Shown here: positions 1 to 12,989 of the stretch, piece after piece
Numbering within the stretch: position 1 is the first letter of the stretch
Layout: the number at the start of each line of letters is the position of its first letter
From: Eledone cirrhosa
Lineage: Eukaryota
Assembly (NCBI GenBank): GCA_964016885.1
Contig: CAXHJY010000443.1
Location: forward strand, 122,638 to 186,637
Reading direction: 5' to 3'
Length of the DNA: 64,000 nucleotides
Made by a program: the position numbers and the translations under genes
The notes under the pieces: generated by a model
Database searches by the model: none
What the model was told of the DNA's origin: nothing
The model's input: the letters and a program-made list of their open reading frames with translations, nothing else

Positions 1-631
1 TTTGAAGAGATATCTGCACAAGAAGATCAAAGCAGCATGTGCTTGTGCTACACAACATGCTGCTCTCTAAGTATCAACAGCAGAATCCAATGACAAGCAG
101 ATGCAAGATAATAGCTGTATCAACTGCAGGTTTTTCCAGAGTGTCCTTCTCACAGGAAATAAGGAAAAAAAGATTATGGGAAGCGGTATCAACCACAGAT
201 TTTTCCAGATAAATAAATAAATAAGATAAAATTAAATAAAAAAAAAAGATTTATTTAAAATTTTGTGTATACTTATATATGCATACACACACTTACAAAC
301 AAACTCCCACATATGCATATTTACACACCCGCACAATATATACATATGTACACACTATTGGAAGGCCATTGACTCTCATGATTTTCTCTGCCTTTTGTCA
401 GGTTTTGTTTTTCACCTTCCTCACCAAGCAAGTTTGATGGGATTGACGGTTTAGTCGCTAATGACCCAACCATGCGACAGGTTGTACTGGATTACATGCT
501 AACAGTAGCACACAGGAGCAACCTGACATATACATATATATATATATACACACAGATATATATGTACACACTGAAATATATATATACATATATATATATT
601 ATACATATATATATATATATTATATATATAT

Positions 632-975
632 GGAGGCACATGGCTTAGTGGTTAGAGCATTGGCCTTGCAATCGAAAGGTTGTGAGTTCAATTCTCAGAC
701 TGGGTGATGTGTTGTTTCCTTCAGCAAGACACTTTATTTCACATTGCTCCAGTTTACTCAGCTGTAGAAATGAGATGATAGGGACTGGGGTCCCTATCAT
801 TCCACTGCAAAGTGGTCGTGGAGGTGCCACGGCAAAAAAGCACCCAGCACTCACTGTAAATGAGGTTGGTGTTAGGAAGGGCATCCAGCTGTAGAAATCA
901 AGCCAGAATCAGTTCCCATCCCACCCTTGCAAGCAGAGAAAAAGCGGACGTAAAATGAAATGATGTTGATGATGA
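632..975 (+). mobile_element. tRNA-derived SINE (family 1) with RTE-derived tail
   Basis: A-box TGGCTTAGTGG, B-box-like GAGTTCAATTC, central gcaagacactttatttcacattgctccag block, 3' tail shared with the RTE 3'UTRs in this window, (GAT)n end, (TA)n on both flanks. Confidence 0.85.
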
Positions 976-1001
976 TATATATACATATATATATATATAT
1001 A

Positions 1002-1260
1002 TCACCTTGATCACCTTGACCGACCAGTCTGTCGGGCGCCAATCTGCGCCGCTGGTCACAGCACGTCGTGCTGTTTTAGCCATAAGATAACACCATCCTG
1101 GGTGGGCAGGCCGGTACTCATTTCTACAGTTGAGTAAACTGGAGCAACATGAAATAAAGTGTCTTGCTCAAGGAAACAACACATCACCTGGTCCAAGAAT
1201 TGAACTCACAACCTTTCGATTGCAAACCCAATGCTCTAACCACTAAGCCATGCGCCTTCA
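1002..1260 (-). mobile_element. tRNA-derived SINE, same head and core as family 1 but a different tail
   Basis: Reverse complement of 1115-1260 matches 632-775; the tail ends ...gtcggtcaaggtgatcaaggtga and runs into (TA)n. Confidence 0.8.
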
Positions 1261-1324
1261 TACATATATATATACATATATACATACATATACATATAAA
1301 CATACATACATATATAAACATATA

Positions 1325-1935
1325 TGGGGGCTGCCAACTCGTTTTCGAGTACGGCCACTACTTTATATCCATGTAGGAAAACCCCTACCGATGCGCTAAA
1401 CAAGTGTGACTTTTTAGTCCAGCCAGCGACTTGAAAACTCTGGTACAAACACTACACCTGTGACAATTACTGACACATAGTGCTGGGCCCATGGCACCAT
1501 GTGACGACAAGTGCAGAGAGATCTCCAGATATAAAGCAATGCCTGTGCCGTGAAGCTTTTATAGTGAGCAAAGGCACTGCACAAAGCCAGTCCCACTCTC
1601 TTAACCAAGATGATATTTACCAAAAAGAAGAACAAGTCAACATCATTGGATACCATCAGGGTTGCAGGTGTTATATCAGAGTTTTCCTTCTCCTAGAATT
1701 CTGCCTTGACAAAGGCTAAGGGGTCATCTCTCCCGGTGATTTTGGATGGCCATTGACACTTAAGAGCTCCTTTGCTCTTTGACAGGTTTTGTTTTTAGTC
1801 CTGCAGGATGTCCAAAGTCACCCTCCTCACCAAGAAACCTTGGTGGGGTTGCCGGTTTAGTCGCCAACGACCCGACCATGAGACAGGTTGTACTGGGATA
1901 CATGTTACCAGTAGCACCAATTGGTGACCTGACCA
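1325..1935 (-). mobile_element. Non-autonomous element resembling an RTE 5'UTR; partial copies at 359-527 (-) and 28238-28330 (+)
   Basis: Contains ggcagaattctaggagaaggaaaactctga on the minus strand, which I recall as an RTE 5'UTR motif. 1743-1935 aligns with 359-527. Flanked by microsatellites. Confidence 0.5.
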
Positions 1936-2320
1936 TATAGATACATACATACATATATAAACATATATAGATACATACATATATAAACATATATAGATAC
2001 ATACATATATAAACATATATAGATACATACATATATAAACATATATAGATACATACATATATAAACATATATAGATACATACATACATAAACATATATAG
2101 ATACATACATATATAAACATATATAGATACATACATAAACATATATAGATACATACATAAACATATATAGATACATACATATATAAACATATATAGATAC
2201 ATACATACATAAACATATATAGATACATACATAAACATATATAGATACATACATACATAAACATATATAGATACATACATACATAAACATATATAGATAC
2301 ATACATACATAAACATATAT

Positions 2321-2378
<58 letters not shown>
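1935..2378. repeat. Compound microsatellite/minisatellite (20-24 bp unit atatagatacatacatatataaac) ending in (TA)n
   Basis: Directly visible tandem units. Confidence 0.95.
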
Positions 2379-2380
<2 letters not shown>

Positions 2381-3258
2381 CAGAATACAATTCTATGGCC
2401 CTCAAAGACAATGCTGCAGAGTGGAGTGGAGTGGAAACTTGCAGGAAACTATTGAAAATATGATCATAATAATGCTGCTTTCTTAGACCTTAACACAATG
2501 ATATTGCTCAAGCAAATCGACTACTTTGAATACAAGAGAAAACAACAACAAAATAATACACATATTCAAACCACTCAGAACTGCTTGGTTGTGCAGTAAT
2601 AACAAACAATACATATAAGACTACTGAAATAATAACTGTTTCTAATATTGGCACAAGATCAGCAATTTGGGGGAAGAGAAAAACTGATTATATTGACCCC
2701 AGTACTTAACTGTTACTTTATTTTATTGACCCCAAAGGATGAAAGGTATTTTGGCCGACACTCTATTAAAATACTAATGATTTTTATCATAGGTAAGTCA
2801 CGCATCTGTGGGGTCAGTATTCTGGTTAGATCAATCCCTTTAATTGATAGTACTTATTTCATTGGCTCCAGAAGGGTGAAAGGTGAAGTTAACCTTGTTG
2901 TGAGTTGAGCTCAGAAGGTAGCTAAAGAACAAACATATTTGGCCAATCCTCTACAAATGTGAATAACAACAGCTGTCAGACACCTCAACAGCATATCTGA
3001 TTTATAAACAGGTTTAAAAACAGTTTTATTAAAAGGTTTGCATTACAGCATCTTGCCATCAACCTGATTCTGTCTCACTTTCTCATTGCAATGTTTGGTA
3101 TTTTACCTTAAATTAACATTGTATAAACATAATGTTTATGAAAAATATACTTTTATCGATGTTTAACAAAAAAGCAATAGTAAAAGTTAAGACAGAATTA
3201 TTTTTATCGTATGACACAACAAGAATTAAGAATGAAAGCCTGGTTAAATGACACTTAC

Positions 3259-3390
3259 TTGAAAACAAGAACTGAAAGCAAGCCAGAGTAAGCTGTGGAG
3301 AAATATGGGGTTGGTTTGCTTCATCTGGCTGATTAAATATACTGAGGTCCTTGCGATCAAGATGACGAGGTTTCTTCATTCTGTTATCAA
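3259..3390 (-). CDS. CNNM: Next internal exon (132 bp) of the CNNM gene, linker into the CNBH domain
   Basis: Acceptor ctaattacag, donor GTAAGTG, phase 1-1. Joined to the 11738 exon it reads in frame ...DETDTV-L-DNRMKKPRHLDRKDLSIFNQPDEANQPHISPQLTLACFQFLFS, matching the CNNM motif DNR.KK...K.D.S.F...ISPQL.LA...FL. Confidence 0.9.
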
Positions 3391-3640
3391 CTGTAATTAG
3401 AAAATGTTAGGAAATAGGGAATAAAATGAATGATTGTGGTCTGCATTGATTTAAATTGTTGTAGTTATTGTTTAGCTCCAGCTTGGCCTGAAGTGAGTAG
3501 ACTTAAGATTAATGGTGTCCCAGCTATAACCATCCTGTTCTTCTCTAAAGCGTTGCATACTTTGAATTATATTATCCAATGTGGCCTTTCCTTAATATGG
3601 TCGGTTCAAATTTGAGAGAAATTTGGCTGCAACTTTATAC

Positions 3641-6600
3641 AAGTTGTGGTACCAGCTACTGCACTGTTGTGATACCAGCTACTCCACTGTTGTGATACCA
3701 GCTACTCCACTTTTGTGATACCAGCTACTCCACTGTTGTGATACCAGCTACTGCACTGTTGTGATACCAGCTACTCCACTGTTGTGATACCAGCTACTGC
3801 ACTGTTGTGATACCAGCTACTGCACTGTTGTGATACCAGCTACTCCACTGTTGTGATACCAGCTACTCCACTGTTGTGATACCAGCTACTCCACTGTTGT
3901 GATACCAGCTACTGCACTGTTGTGATACCAGCTACTGCACTGTTGTGATACCAGCTACTCCACTGTTGTGATACCAGCTACTCCACTGTTGTGATACCAG
4001 CTACTGCACTGTTGTGATACCAGCTACTGCACTGTTGTGATACCAGCTACTGCACTGTTGTGATACCAGCTACTCCACTGTTGTGATACCAGCTACTCCA
4101 CTGTTGTGATACCAGCTACTCCACTGTTGTGATACCAGCTACTCCACTGTTGTGATACCAGCTACTCCACTGTTGTGATACCAGCTACTGCACTGTTGTG
4201 ATACCAGCTACTGCAGTTGTGATACCAGCTACTCCACTGTTGTGATACCAGCTACTCCACTGTTGTGATACCAGCTACTCCACTGTTGTGATACCAGCTA
4301 CTCCACTGTTGTGATACCAGCTACTCCACTGTTGTGATACCAGCTACTGCACTGTTGTGATACCAGCTACTCCACTGTTGTGATACCAGCTACTGCACTG
4401 TTGTGATACCAGCTACTGCACTGTTGTGATACCAGCTACTCCACTGTTGTGATACCAGCTACTGCACTGTTGTGATACCAGCTACTGCACTGTTGTGATA
4501 CCAGCTACTGCACTGTTGTGATACCAGCTACTCCACTGTTGTGATACCAGCTACTGCACTGTTGTGATACCAGCTACTCCACTGTTGTGATACCAGCTAC
4601 TCCACTGTTGTGATACCAGCTACTCCACTGTTGTGATACCAGCTACTGCACTGTTGTGATACCAGCTACTGCAGTTGTGATACCAGCTACTGCAGTTGTG
4701 ATACCAGCTACTCCACTGTTGTGATACCAGCTACTGCACTGTTGTGATACCAGCTACTGCACTGTTGTGATACCAGCTACTCCACTGTTGTGATACCAGC
4801 TACTGCACTGTTGTGATACCAGCTACTGCACTGTTGTGATACCATCTACTCCACTGTTGTGATACCAGCTACTGCACTGTTGTGATACCAGCTACTCCAC
4901 TTTTGTGATACCAGCTACTCCACTGTTGTGATACCAGCTACTGCACTGTTGTGATACCAGCTACTGCACTGTTGTGATACCAGCTACTGCACTGTTGTGA
5001 TACCAGCTACTCCACTGTTGTGATACCAGCTACTCCACTGTTGTGATACCAGCTACTCCACTGTTGTGATACCAGCTACTCCACTGTTGTGATACCAGCT
5101 ACTCCACTGTTGTGATACCAGCTACTCCACTGTTGTGATACCAGCTACTCCACTGTTGTGATACCAGCTACTGCACTGTTGTGATACCAGCTACTCCACT
5201 GTTGTGATACCAGCTACTGCACTGTTGTGATACCAGCTACTGCACTGTTGTGATACCAGCTACTCCACTGTTGTGATACCAGCTACTCCACTGTTGTGAT
5301 ACCAGCTACTGCACTGTTGTGATACCAGCTACTCCACTGTTGTGATACCAGCTACTCCACTGTTGTGATACCAGCTACTCCACTGTTGTGATACCAGCTA
5401 CTCCACTGTTGTGATACCAGCTACTCCACTGTTGTGATACCAGCTACTGCACTGTTGTGATACCAGCTACTGCACTGTTGTGATACCAGCTACTGCACTG
5501 TTGTGATACCAGCTACTCCACTGTTGTGATACCAGCTACTCCACTGTTGTGATACCAGCTACTGCACTGTTGTGATACCAGCTACTGCACTGTTGTGATA
5601 CCAGCTACTCCACTGTTGTGATACCAGCTACTCCACTGTTGTGATACCAGCTACTCCACTGTTGTGATACCAGCTACTGCACTGTTGTGATACCAGCTAC
5701 TGCACTGTTGTGATACCAGCTACTGCACTGTTGTGATACCAGCTACTGCAGTTGTGATACCAGCTACTGCAGTTGTGATACCAGCTACTGCACTGTTGTG
5801 ATACCAGCTACTCCACTGTTGTGATACCAGCTACTCCACTGTTGTGATACCAGCTACTCCACTGTTGTGATACCAGCTACTCCACTGTTGTGATACCAGC
5901 TACTGCACTGTTGTGATACCAGCTACTCCACTGTTGTGATACCAGCTACTGCACTGTTGTGATACCAGCTACTGCACTGTTGTGATACCATCTACTGCAC
6001 TGTTGTGATACCATCTACTCCACTGTTGTGATACCAGCTACTGCACTGTTGTGATACCAGCTACTCCACTGTTGTGATACCAGCTACTCCACTTTTGTGA
6101 TACCAGCTACTCCACTGTTGTGATACCAGCTACTGCACTGTTATGATACCAGCTACTGCACTGTTGTGATACCAGCTACTCCACTGTTGTGATACCAGCT
6201 ACTCCACTGTTGTGATACCAGCTACTCCACTGTTGTGATACCAGCTACTCCACTGTTGTGATACCAGCTACTGCACTGTTGTGATACCAGCTACTCCACT
6301 GTTGTGATACCAGCTACTCCACTGTTGTGATACCAGCTACTCCACTGTTGTGATACCAGCTACTCCACTGTTGTGATACCAGCTACTCCACTGTTGTGAT
6401 ACCAGCTACTCCACTGTTGTGATACCAGCTACTCCACTGTTGTGATACCAGCTACTCCACTGTTGTGATACCAGCTACTGCACTGTTGTGATACCAGCTA
6501 CTGCACTGTTGTGATACCAGCTACTGCACTGTTGTGATACCAGCTACTCCACTGTTGTGATACCAGCTACTGCACTGTTGTGATATCAGCTACTGCACTG

Positions 6601-6790
6601 TTGTGATATCAGCTACTGCACTGTTGTGATACCAGCTACTCCACTGTTGTGATACCTGCTACTGGACTGTTGTGGTACCAGCTACTGCACTGTTGTGATA
6701 CCAGCTACTGCACTGTTGTGATACCAGCTACTGCACTGTTGTGATACCAGCTACTGCACTGTTGTGATACCAGCTACTACACTGTTGCAA
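3641..6790. repeat. 23-bp tandem array CTGTTGTGATACCAGCTACT[C/G]CA, about 137 units, inside the CNNM intron
   Basis: Period 23 (gatacc at 3671 and 3694), two dominant variants, no unique spacers. Confidence 0.98.
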
Positions 6791-6957
6791 TACCAATTGC
6801 ACTGGTACACAGGCCAAATAACCTAACGTTCTCAACTGTTTGCACCAGTTAGTGTCCACATCTGAACATAGCTGACACACCAAATAACCTTGATTTTTCC
6901 TACTTTCAGTTTCTATATACATTGGATAATTCAATCACTGCTTTATCAGGTTATTGA

Positions 6958-7136
6958 CCCTTTCAATACCAACCCACTACATGCTGCAAATCATGTTATT
7001 TGATGCTCTACCAATACTGCCAACCCACTATCCTTACCATCTTAATAATAATTGAAATAACTATAGTACATCTCTCCAAATGCTTTAGTAATCAAGTCAA
7101 ACACTGTATTTTATTAGAAATATGGTAATGCAAGGG
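6958..7136. mobile_element. piggyBac-type MITE (second family)
   Basis: ttga-CCCTTT at the left end and AAGGG-ttaa at the right end; interior unrelated to the main MITE family. Confidence 0.55.
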
Positions 7137-9566
7137 TTAAACAATAAATCTCCTTACAGCACAACACTGCCCCTTCTCAACACTCTGGTGTTTCAAATTA
7201 GCCAACTTGTTCGCAATTCTATGCTGACTATTTTTAGCAGCAAATGAATTTCACACACTACTTATCTGAGATGGTGAATGAAAATATCCTCATAGGAATG
7301 TCCCTTTACATTTACCTGAAGCTGTGCTGCAGCAGTACACCTACAACTTCTAAGGGAAGTAACCAACCATCACCATGACTACTATTTAACCCTCTAATTA
7401 CTATATTTCTGCCTGTGTGTTTCAATTAATTTTGAGAAACAACACAAAATTTGGTGAATTTCAATAAAATAATTAAATTTTTCATTAAAACATCTAAAAT
7501 AAATTTTAATCGATAAACATTTTAAAATGAGTAGTTTTGTATGGTAAATTGAGGATAGTTTCAGGTGGGTTGATATCAAAAGGGTGTGTCTGACTCAGCA
7601 TGATACAGTGTGTGATAAAGCTGATCGTTTGAATTATAAGCACAACACATTATTGTTCACTGAGTGGACTGGAGTAATGTGAAATAAAATGTCTCACTTA
7701 AAGATAAAATGAGCTACCAGGAGTTAAACTCACATCTTTATGATCATAAGCTGAACAACTCTAACCACTAAGCCCAATAAACAAATTGAAAAAAAAAGAA
7801 AAAGATTTCTACTTCAGCCTTTCTAGTCATCTTCAAAGTTACTACAGTATATATAAACGTTTGTGGTGAACTCACATATATAACATTGTCAAAACCGTAA
7901 AAAAAGATAAGGATTCATCTTCAGAAACATAAAACACTTCAGCCCTAATCAATTGCTAACCCATTACATAGCTTAAGTAAAACCATCACCACCCAAACAC
8001 AACTCAAAAATTGGTCTCCTTACAACTATAATCCCATGAAATTTCTTTCTTGTCTTTGGTTTTCCTACAGACACTGACTTAAAGATATTCAAGTGGAACA
8101 TCAATTCTGACCAAGTCATAAAAGATATGTAAAGATTAAAAAAAAAGATGAGGAGGGGCAGGTTTGAGGGGAGTGCACAAATATTTAAGAAAAAATTTGT
8201 TTGGTGAATTGAGCAGTATTTTGTGTCCTTTACATATATGTGAATTTTGGGATTTTCTTTGGGTACTAGTAGTGCTAGTGGGACAAAAAAAGCATAAAGT
8301 TCACCCTGAACAGTGGCAGTGCTGGTGTCAGGACAAAAAGCATCAAGTCCACTTTGTGGTGCCAAGATAAAAAACACGAAGTTCAGCCTGTAAGGTGGTA
8401 GTACTAGTGCTATGACAAAGCACACCCATTTCACTCTGTAAGGAAGTAGTACTGGTGTCAATACAAAAAGCATCCAGTCCTCCTTGTACTGGTGCCATGA
8501 GTAAAAACATCCAGTCATCATCATCATCAAGGTTTTGATTATGCAGGACACAATTAATCCCTAGTGATGAGTCCTGCCTAACAGTACTCCTTAGCATCCC
8601 GTTCCATGTGTTTCTGTCCAACAGACATCCTCCATCCAAGTCCCTTTTGGTCTTCCTGGACCTCTACTGCCCCCTGAAGCGACATTCATCACTTTGCTGA
8701 TCCAGCCTTCACTGTGCTCGACATGGTAATACCATCCTGTAGAGGAGGTAGTAGAGGCCCAGGTTGGTTGTAGGAAAGGCATATAGCCATAGAAACCAAA
8801 CCAAAAATGGAGCATGTGAGCAAGACATGCAAACATGAACAGTCTAGTTTCAGTATGTGGCAACCCATCTAACCCATGCAAGTCTGAAAAATAGATGTTA
8901 AATGGTGATAATGATGTGGTTAGGAAAGGAGAAGAGCATCACACATTAAGCACAACTTTGATCCTTGGAAGTAACCCCAGATGGATAAATAGCTACGGGT
9001 TGGCTTCTCAAGATCCTGTGTTCATTGGACTCTTGTCACAAACTCAGAAGAAGAGGAAGGGATTATGTATCAGTTGATAGGGCAACCTCCTGAGGTATCA
9101 CCCATAGAATCAGTTCTTGAGCTATCTGCTAAGATGCCTTTTCTCCCTGTATCCTCTGACAAACTGTTGTACTATACATAACACTGTGTAGTTGGAATTG
9201 GTGCATCAGGGGTCCACGGTATGCCCCTGCCAGAAGCCTGTTCCAAATGCTTGCAACTCTGCTGAAGGCAACCAATAATTTGAAGTAGTATTAACCCTTG
9301 AAACCACATTAGCAAGATATTCTTAAAAGGTACAAAACAGCACTATGAATCACATTATAAATTAAAGTCTTTTCCCTAGTACCAACAATTCATCTGTCCA
9401 CTAGTAAAGATATCATAAACATTTGAATTAACAAACCCATTTAAAAATATTTTCCACTAAATCATTACAGGATGTTAAGTGCTTTGTGCCTAACACCCTG
9501 ATTGTTGTCATAACATGCCATCAATGCACCCAACAAAACTAAACACTAAATGACCATAGCTTAATT

Positions 9567-9786
9567 CTTAAGATCCTGTAATGATTTAGGGGAAAATATC
9601 TAAAAATGGTTTGTTGATTCACATACTTATAGTATCTTTACTAATGGACTGATTGTAAAAATTGGCAGTATTATCTCTTAACATCCTATCATGATTTAGT
9701 AGAAAATATCTAAAAATGGTTTTGTTAATTCAAATGTTTATTGTATCTTTACTACTGGACAGATTGTTGTAAAGATTTGCAGTATT
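9567..9786. repeat. Diverged tandem duplication of about 110 bp
   Basis: atgatttag..gaaaatatctaaaaatggttt..gtatctttacta..tggac..gcagtatt occurs twice in tandem. Confidence 0.8.
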
Positions 9787-10144
9787 TGCATAAAGTCTTC
9801 AGTCTCTAATGTGATGCAATCATAGTCCTGTTATTCTTTTCAAGGTCTTGCTAATGTGGTTTCATGCAATACAGGTGGTTAAAGGTTAAGTGTGACATGT
9901 TCAGGGAACTGAATTTTTGATTCCATAACACCATGTCAATGGAGTAGAGCACATTGCAACATCTACTTCTTCATCTTCATCTTCTTTAGTTCCTTTTTCT
10001 CTCTATGGAGCACTGAGTAATGAAAGATTTTTATTCCCCATGGTCACAAGCTTTATCCTAAGCCTGCTCCCTTGCCAGGCCAGGCCAGCCTAATTGCCAG
10101 GTCTTCCTCCACATTGCAACATAACAAATTAGAAAGATCTAACT

Positions 10145-11675
10145 GAATAACTGAAAATTAAGGAAAACAAGGCCCTGATGCCTTCTGGGAAATGGCCCTA
10201 CTCAGTGTGTAGGAAAGGGGTGGAGAGAAACGTCATCCTTTGTCCCAAATGCAAGCTATGGATATACAAGAGATGTAGTGGGATCTCAGGTAGGTTAGCT
10301 TAGTATGTAGGCTTTACATGTAGCTGTTGTACAGGAACAGTAAACAACAACCACTCATGGGAAACAAGTGCTAACAAATCCTTGGAAGGTTCCGTAGAAG
10401 CAGTTGATAGTTTCTGTTACCTGGGTGACCAAATTAGCAGTGAAGGTGATGTGCCGAAAGTACAGAAGCCAGAGTGAGTATGTAATGGAAAAAGTTCAGG
10501 AAGCTACTACTGCTGCTAGCTACAAAAGGTTTTTCCCTCAAAATAAATATGATGCATATATATGAATAGCAATGCTGTATATTAGTGAGTCCTGGGCACT
10601 GTGTGCAGAGGACTTGAGAAGATTGGAAAGAAATGAAGCTGGCGTGCTTCAATGGATGTGTAATAGTAATTATACATGAAGGGTAAAGCATAAATGAAGT
10701 GAGAGAGAAACTGGGTATAAGAGGGATCAGATGCAGTGTGTAGGAGAGGAGATTGTGTTGGTATGGACATGTGATGTGTATGAAGGATGACAGCTATATA
10801 AAAAGGTGCAGGACATTCAAAGTTCATGGAAGCTATGGAGTAGGAAGACTTGGGATGAGGTAATAAAAACAAACTTTGCACAATTAAATTACACCACTCA
10901 AAGTTGATGGCACAGGATTGAGATCTCTGGTGTTATGCAGTAATACAGAAGACCCGCCTTGCTATGTGCTCAGGTTGAAGCATACATCTAGTATGCACTA
11001 CTTTCCTTTATCTCTCCCTTCCCCTTCCATACATCTCCCATGCCCTAACACTCCTCCCACGTCCTAACATCCCCACCCTTCATCCAGCCCCACTAGATCC
11101 AGCTCTCCAACCTCCATGCACCTCCTCCACCCTAGCCCACACTATAAAGTGGTTGTTTCTGGTACCATGACAAAATGCACCTAGTCCACATTGTAAAGTG
11201 GTCGTGTTGGTGACATTTCAAAAAGTACCCAGTCCACACTGAAAGTGATCATGTAGGTACCACAACAAAAAGCACCCAGTCCACACCGTAAAGTGGTCAT
11301 GTAGGTGTCACAACAAAAAGCGTCCAGTCCACACTGTAAAGTGGTGTAGATCTCATGACAAAAAGCACCCAGTCCACACTGAAAGTGATCATGTAGGTGT
11401 CACAACAAAAAGCACTCAGAACACACTGTAAAGTGATCGTGTAGGTACCACAACAAAAGGCACTCAGTTCAGACTGTAAAGTGATTATCACAACAAAAAG
11501 CACTCAGTACACACTGTAAATGTGGTTGATGTTAGGCATTCAGCTGTAGAAACCAAGCCAAAATCAGTTCTGTATGAGCAAGACATGGTCACCTGATCTG
11601 GCTTGTCTCACAACAGGACAACTCATCTAACCCATGCTAGCGTGGAAAAATGGACATTAAACGGTGTTGATGATC
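10145..11675 (+). mobile_element. Degenerate 5'-truncated RTE LINE with expanded 48-bp 3'UTR repeats (11140-11525)
   Basis: Similar to the RT/PHD C-terminal part (gggaaatggcc..tgtaggaaagg) and the 3' tail (cccatgctagcgtggaaaaatggac) of the better-preserved copies. Confidence 0.85.
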
Positions 11676-11729
11676 TATCATGAAACAAGCCTCTCAAACA
11701 AGTAGTAAAGGAAGGTGAAAAAGAGGTTA

Positions 11730-11945
<216 letters not shown>

Positions 11946-12133
11946 TCATAAGATTCCCAGCAGCCCATGAGTCACCTCACAGGCTCCCCCAACTAACGAA
12001 TCTACTTGTTTAGTCCACCATTTTTCAAGACTGATATTTATTTTATTGATCTGATTTTGTCGAACTGCTAAGTTATGGTACATATACAAACATTAAATGT
12101 ACACATATACATCTCTCTCTCTCTCTGTATATA

Positions 12134-12173
<40 letters not shown>

Positions 12174-12558
12174 TCAAGTAAAAAGAAATTCAAACAAACT
12201 TACGCGAAAGCTGATATACTTATTCACATGACAACATCAAGCAACCAAATTTCACTCATATATGAAAAAACAACCTGCTATATTCACTGAACCAGATCAA
12301 TTCTCCCATCCCATTTCTCTTGACCATTATCTTTTATTTGTCATAAAATTCTCTAAAAGGCTACAAAATAAATTCCCAAATACGGGTGCGGAATTTAAGG
12401 AACTTGTTCACGTGACAACCATAATTTCATTTATAACCAATCAAATTACATTTATAAAAAAAAGCCTTCATGAGCCCCTTTTTTTAAGTAAAAAGAAATT
12501 CAAACACTCATATATGAAAAAACAACCTGTTGTTGTTTTCTCAGACATGTAATACATG

Positions 12559-12599
<41 letters not shown>

Positions 12600-12602
<3 letters not shown>

Positions 12603-12825
12603 ATGTATGTAAAAGGTAAACAGAAACAACAACACAATCGGTACAGTATATGGAAGGGATATATTAGGTTAACACTTGATATAGCAGGAAGAGGGTCTTA
12701 ACGTTTCGGACTCTAGTCCTTCATCAGAAGAAAGAATGAGAAATAAGATAAATTGAAGGGACGGGCGGGTTGGAATAGAAAAAAAATGTCTTTAGATAAA
12801 AATAACAGGTCCATTCATGTTGAGA
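12600..12825 (-). mobile_element. Penelope-like pseudo-LTR fragment carrying a minimal hammerhead ribozyme; second copy at 41150-41385 (+)
   Basis: About 200 bp shared with 41150-41385 in opposite orientation, hammerhead core present, abuts (TACA)n/(TA)n. Confidence 0.7.
12696..12731 (-). ncRNA. Minimal type I hammerhead ribozyme
   Basis: Minus strand TCTT-CTGATGA-A-GGACT-AG-AGTCC-GAAAC-GTT-AAGA: stem I TCTT/AAGA, stem II GGACT/AGTCC, loop-less palindromic stem III ACGT, GUU cleavage triplet. Confidence 0.75.
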
Positions 12826-12989
12826 TCTCTTAACAGTGAAAATAAGACCAAATACTGTTAATTATATCATATTTTAATTAATACACGTTTCTTCCATCTT
12901 AAAGATAAACAATCAATTATTAGTTAATCAATTATATAATCCAATAATTGGATTCATCAGAATTAATAAAACATATAAAAAACATTATT

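Noticed and set aside
632-705. tRNA gene
   Set aside because: A/B boxes continue into a SINE core and LINE-derived tail, multiple copies exist, and there is no complete cloverleaf.
1760-2411. Long ORFs rich in Y/I/C/M/V (also 37189-37535, 41145-41699, 29226-29689)
   Set aside because: Translations of microsatellites or 48-bp repeats that lack stops by chance.
3641-6790. CRISPR-like or information-coding array
   Set aside because: Units are contiguous with no unique spacers, there are no cas genes, and the context is a eukaryotic intron; it is a two-variant minisatellite.
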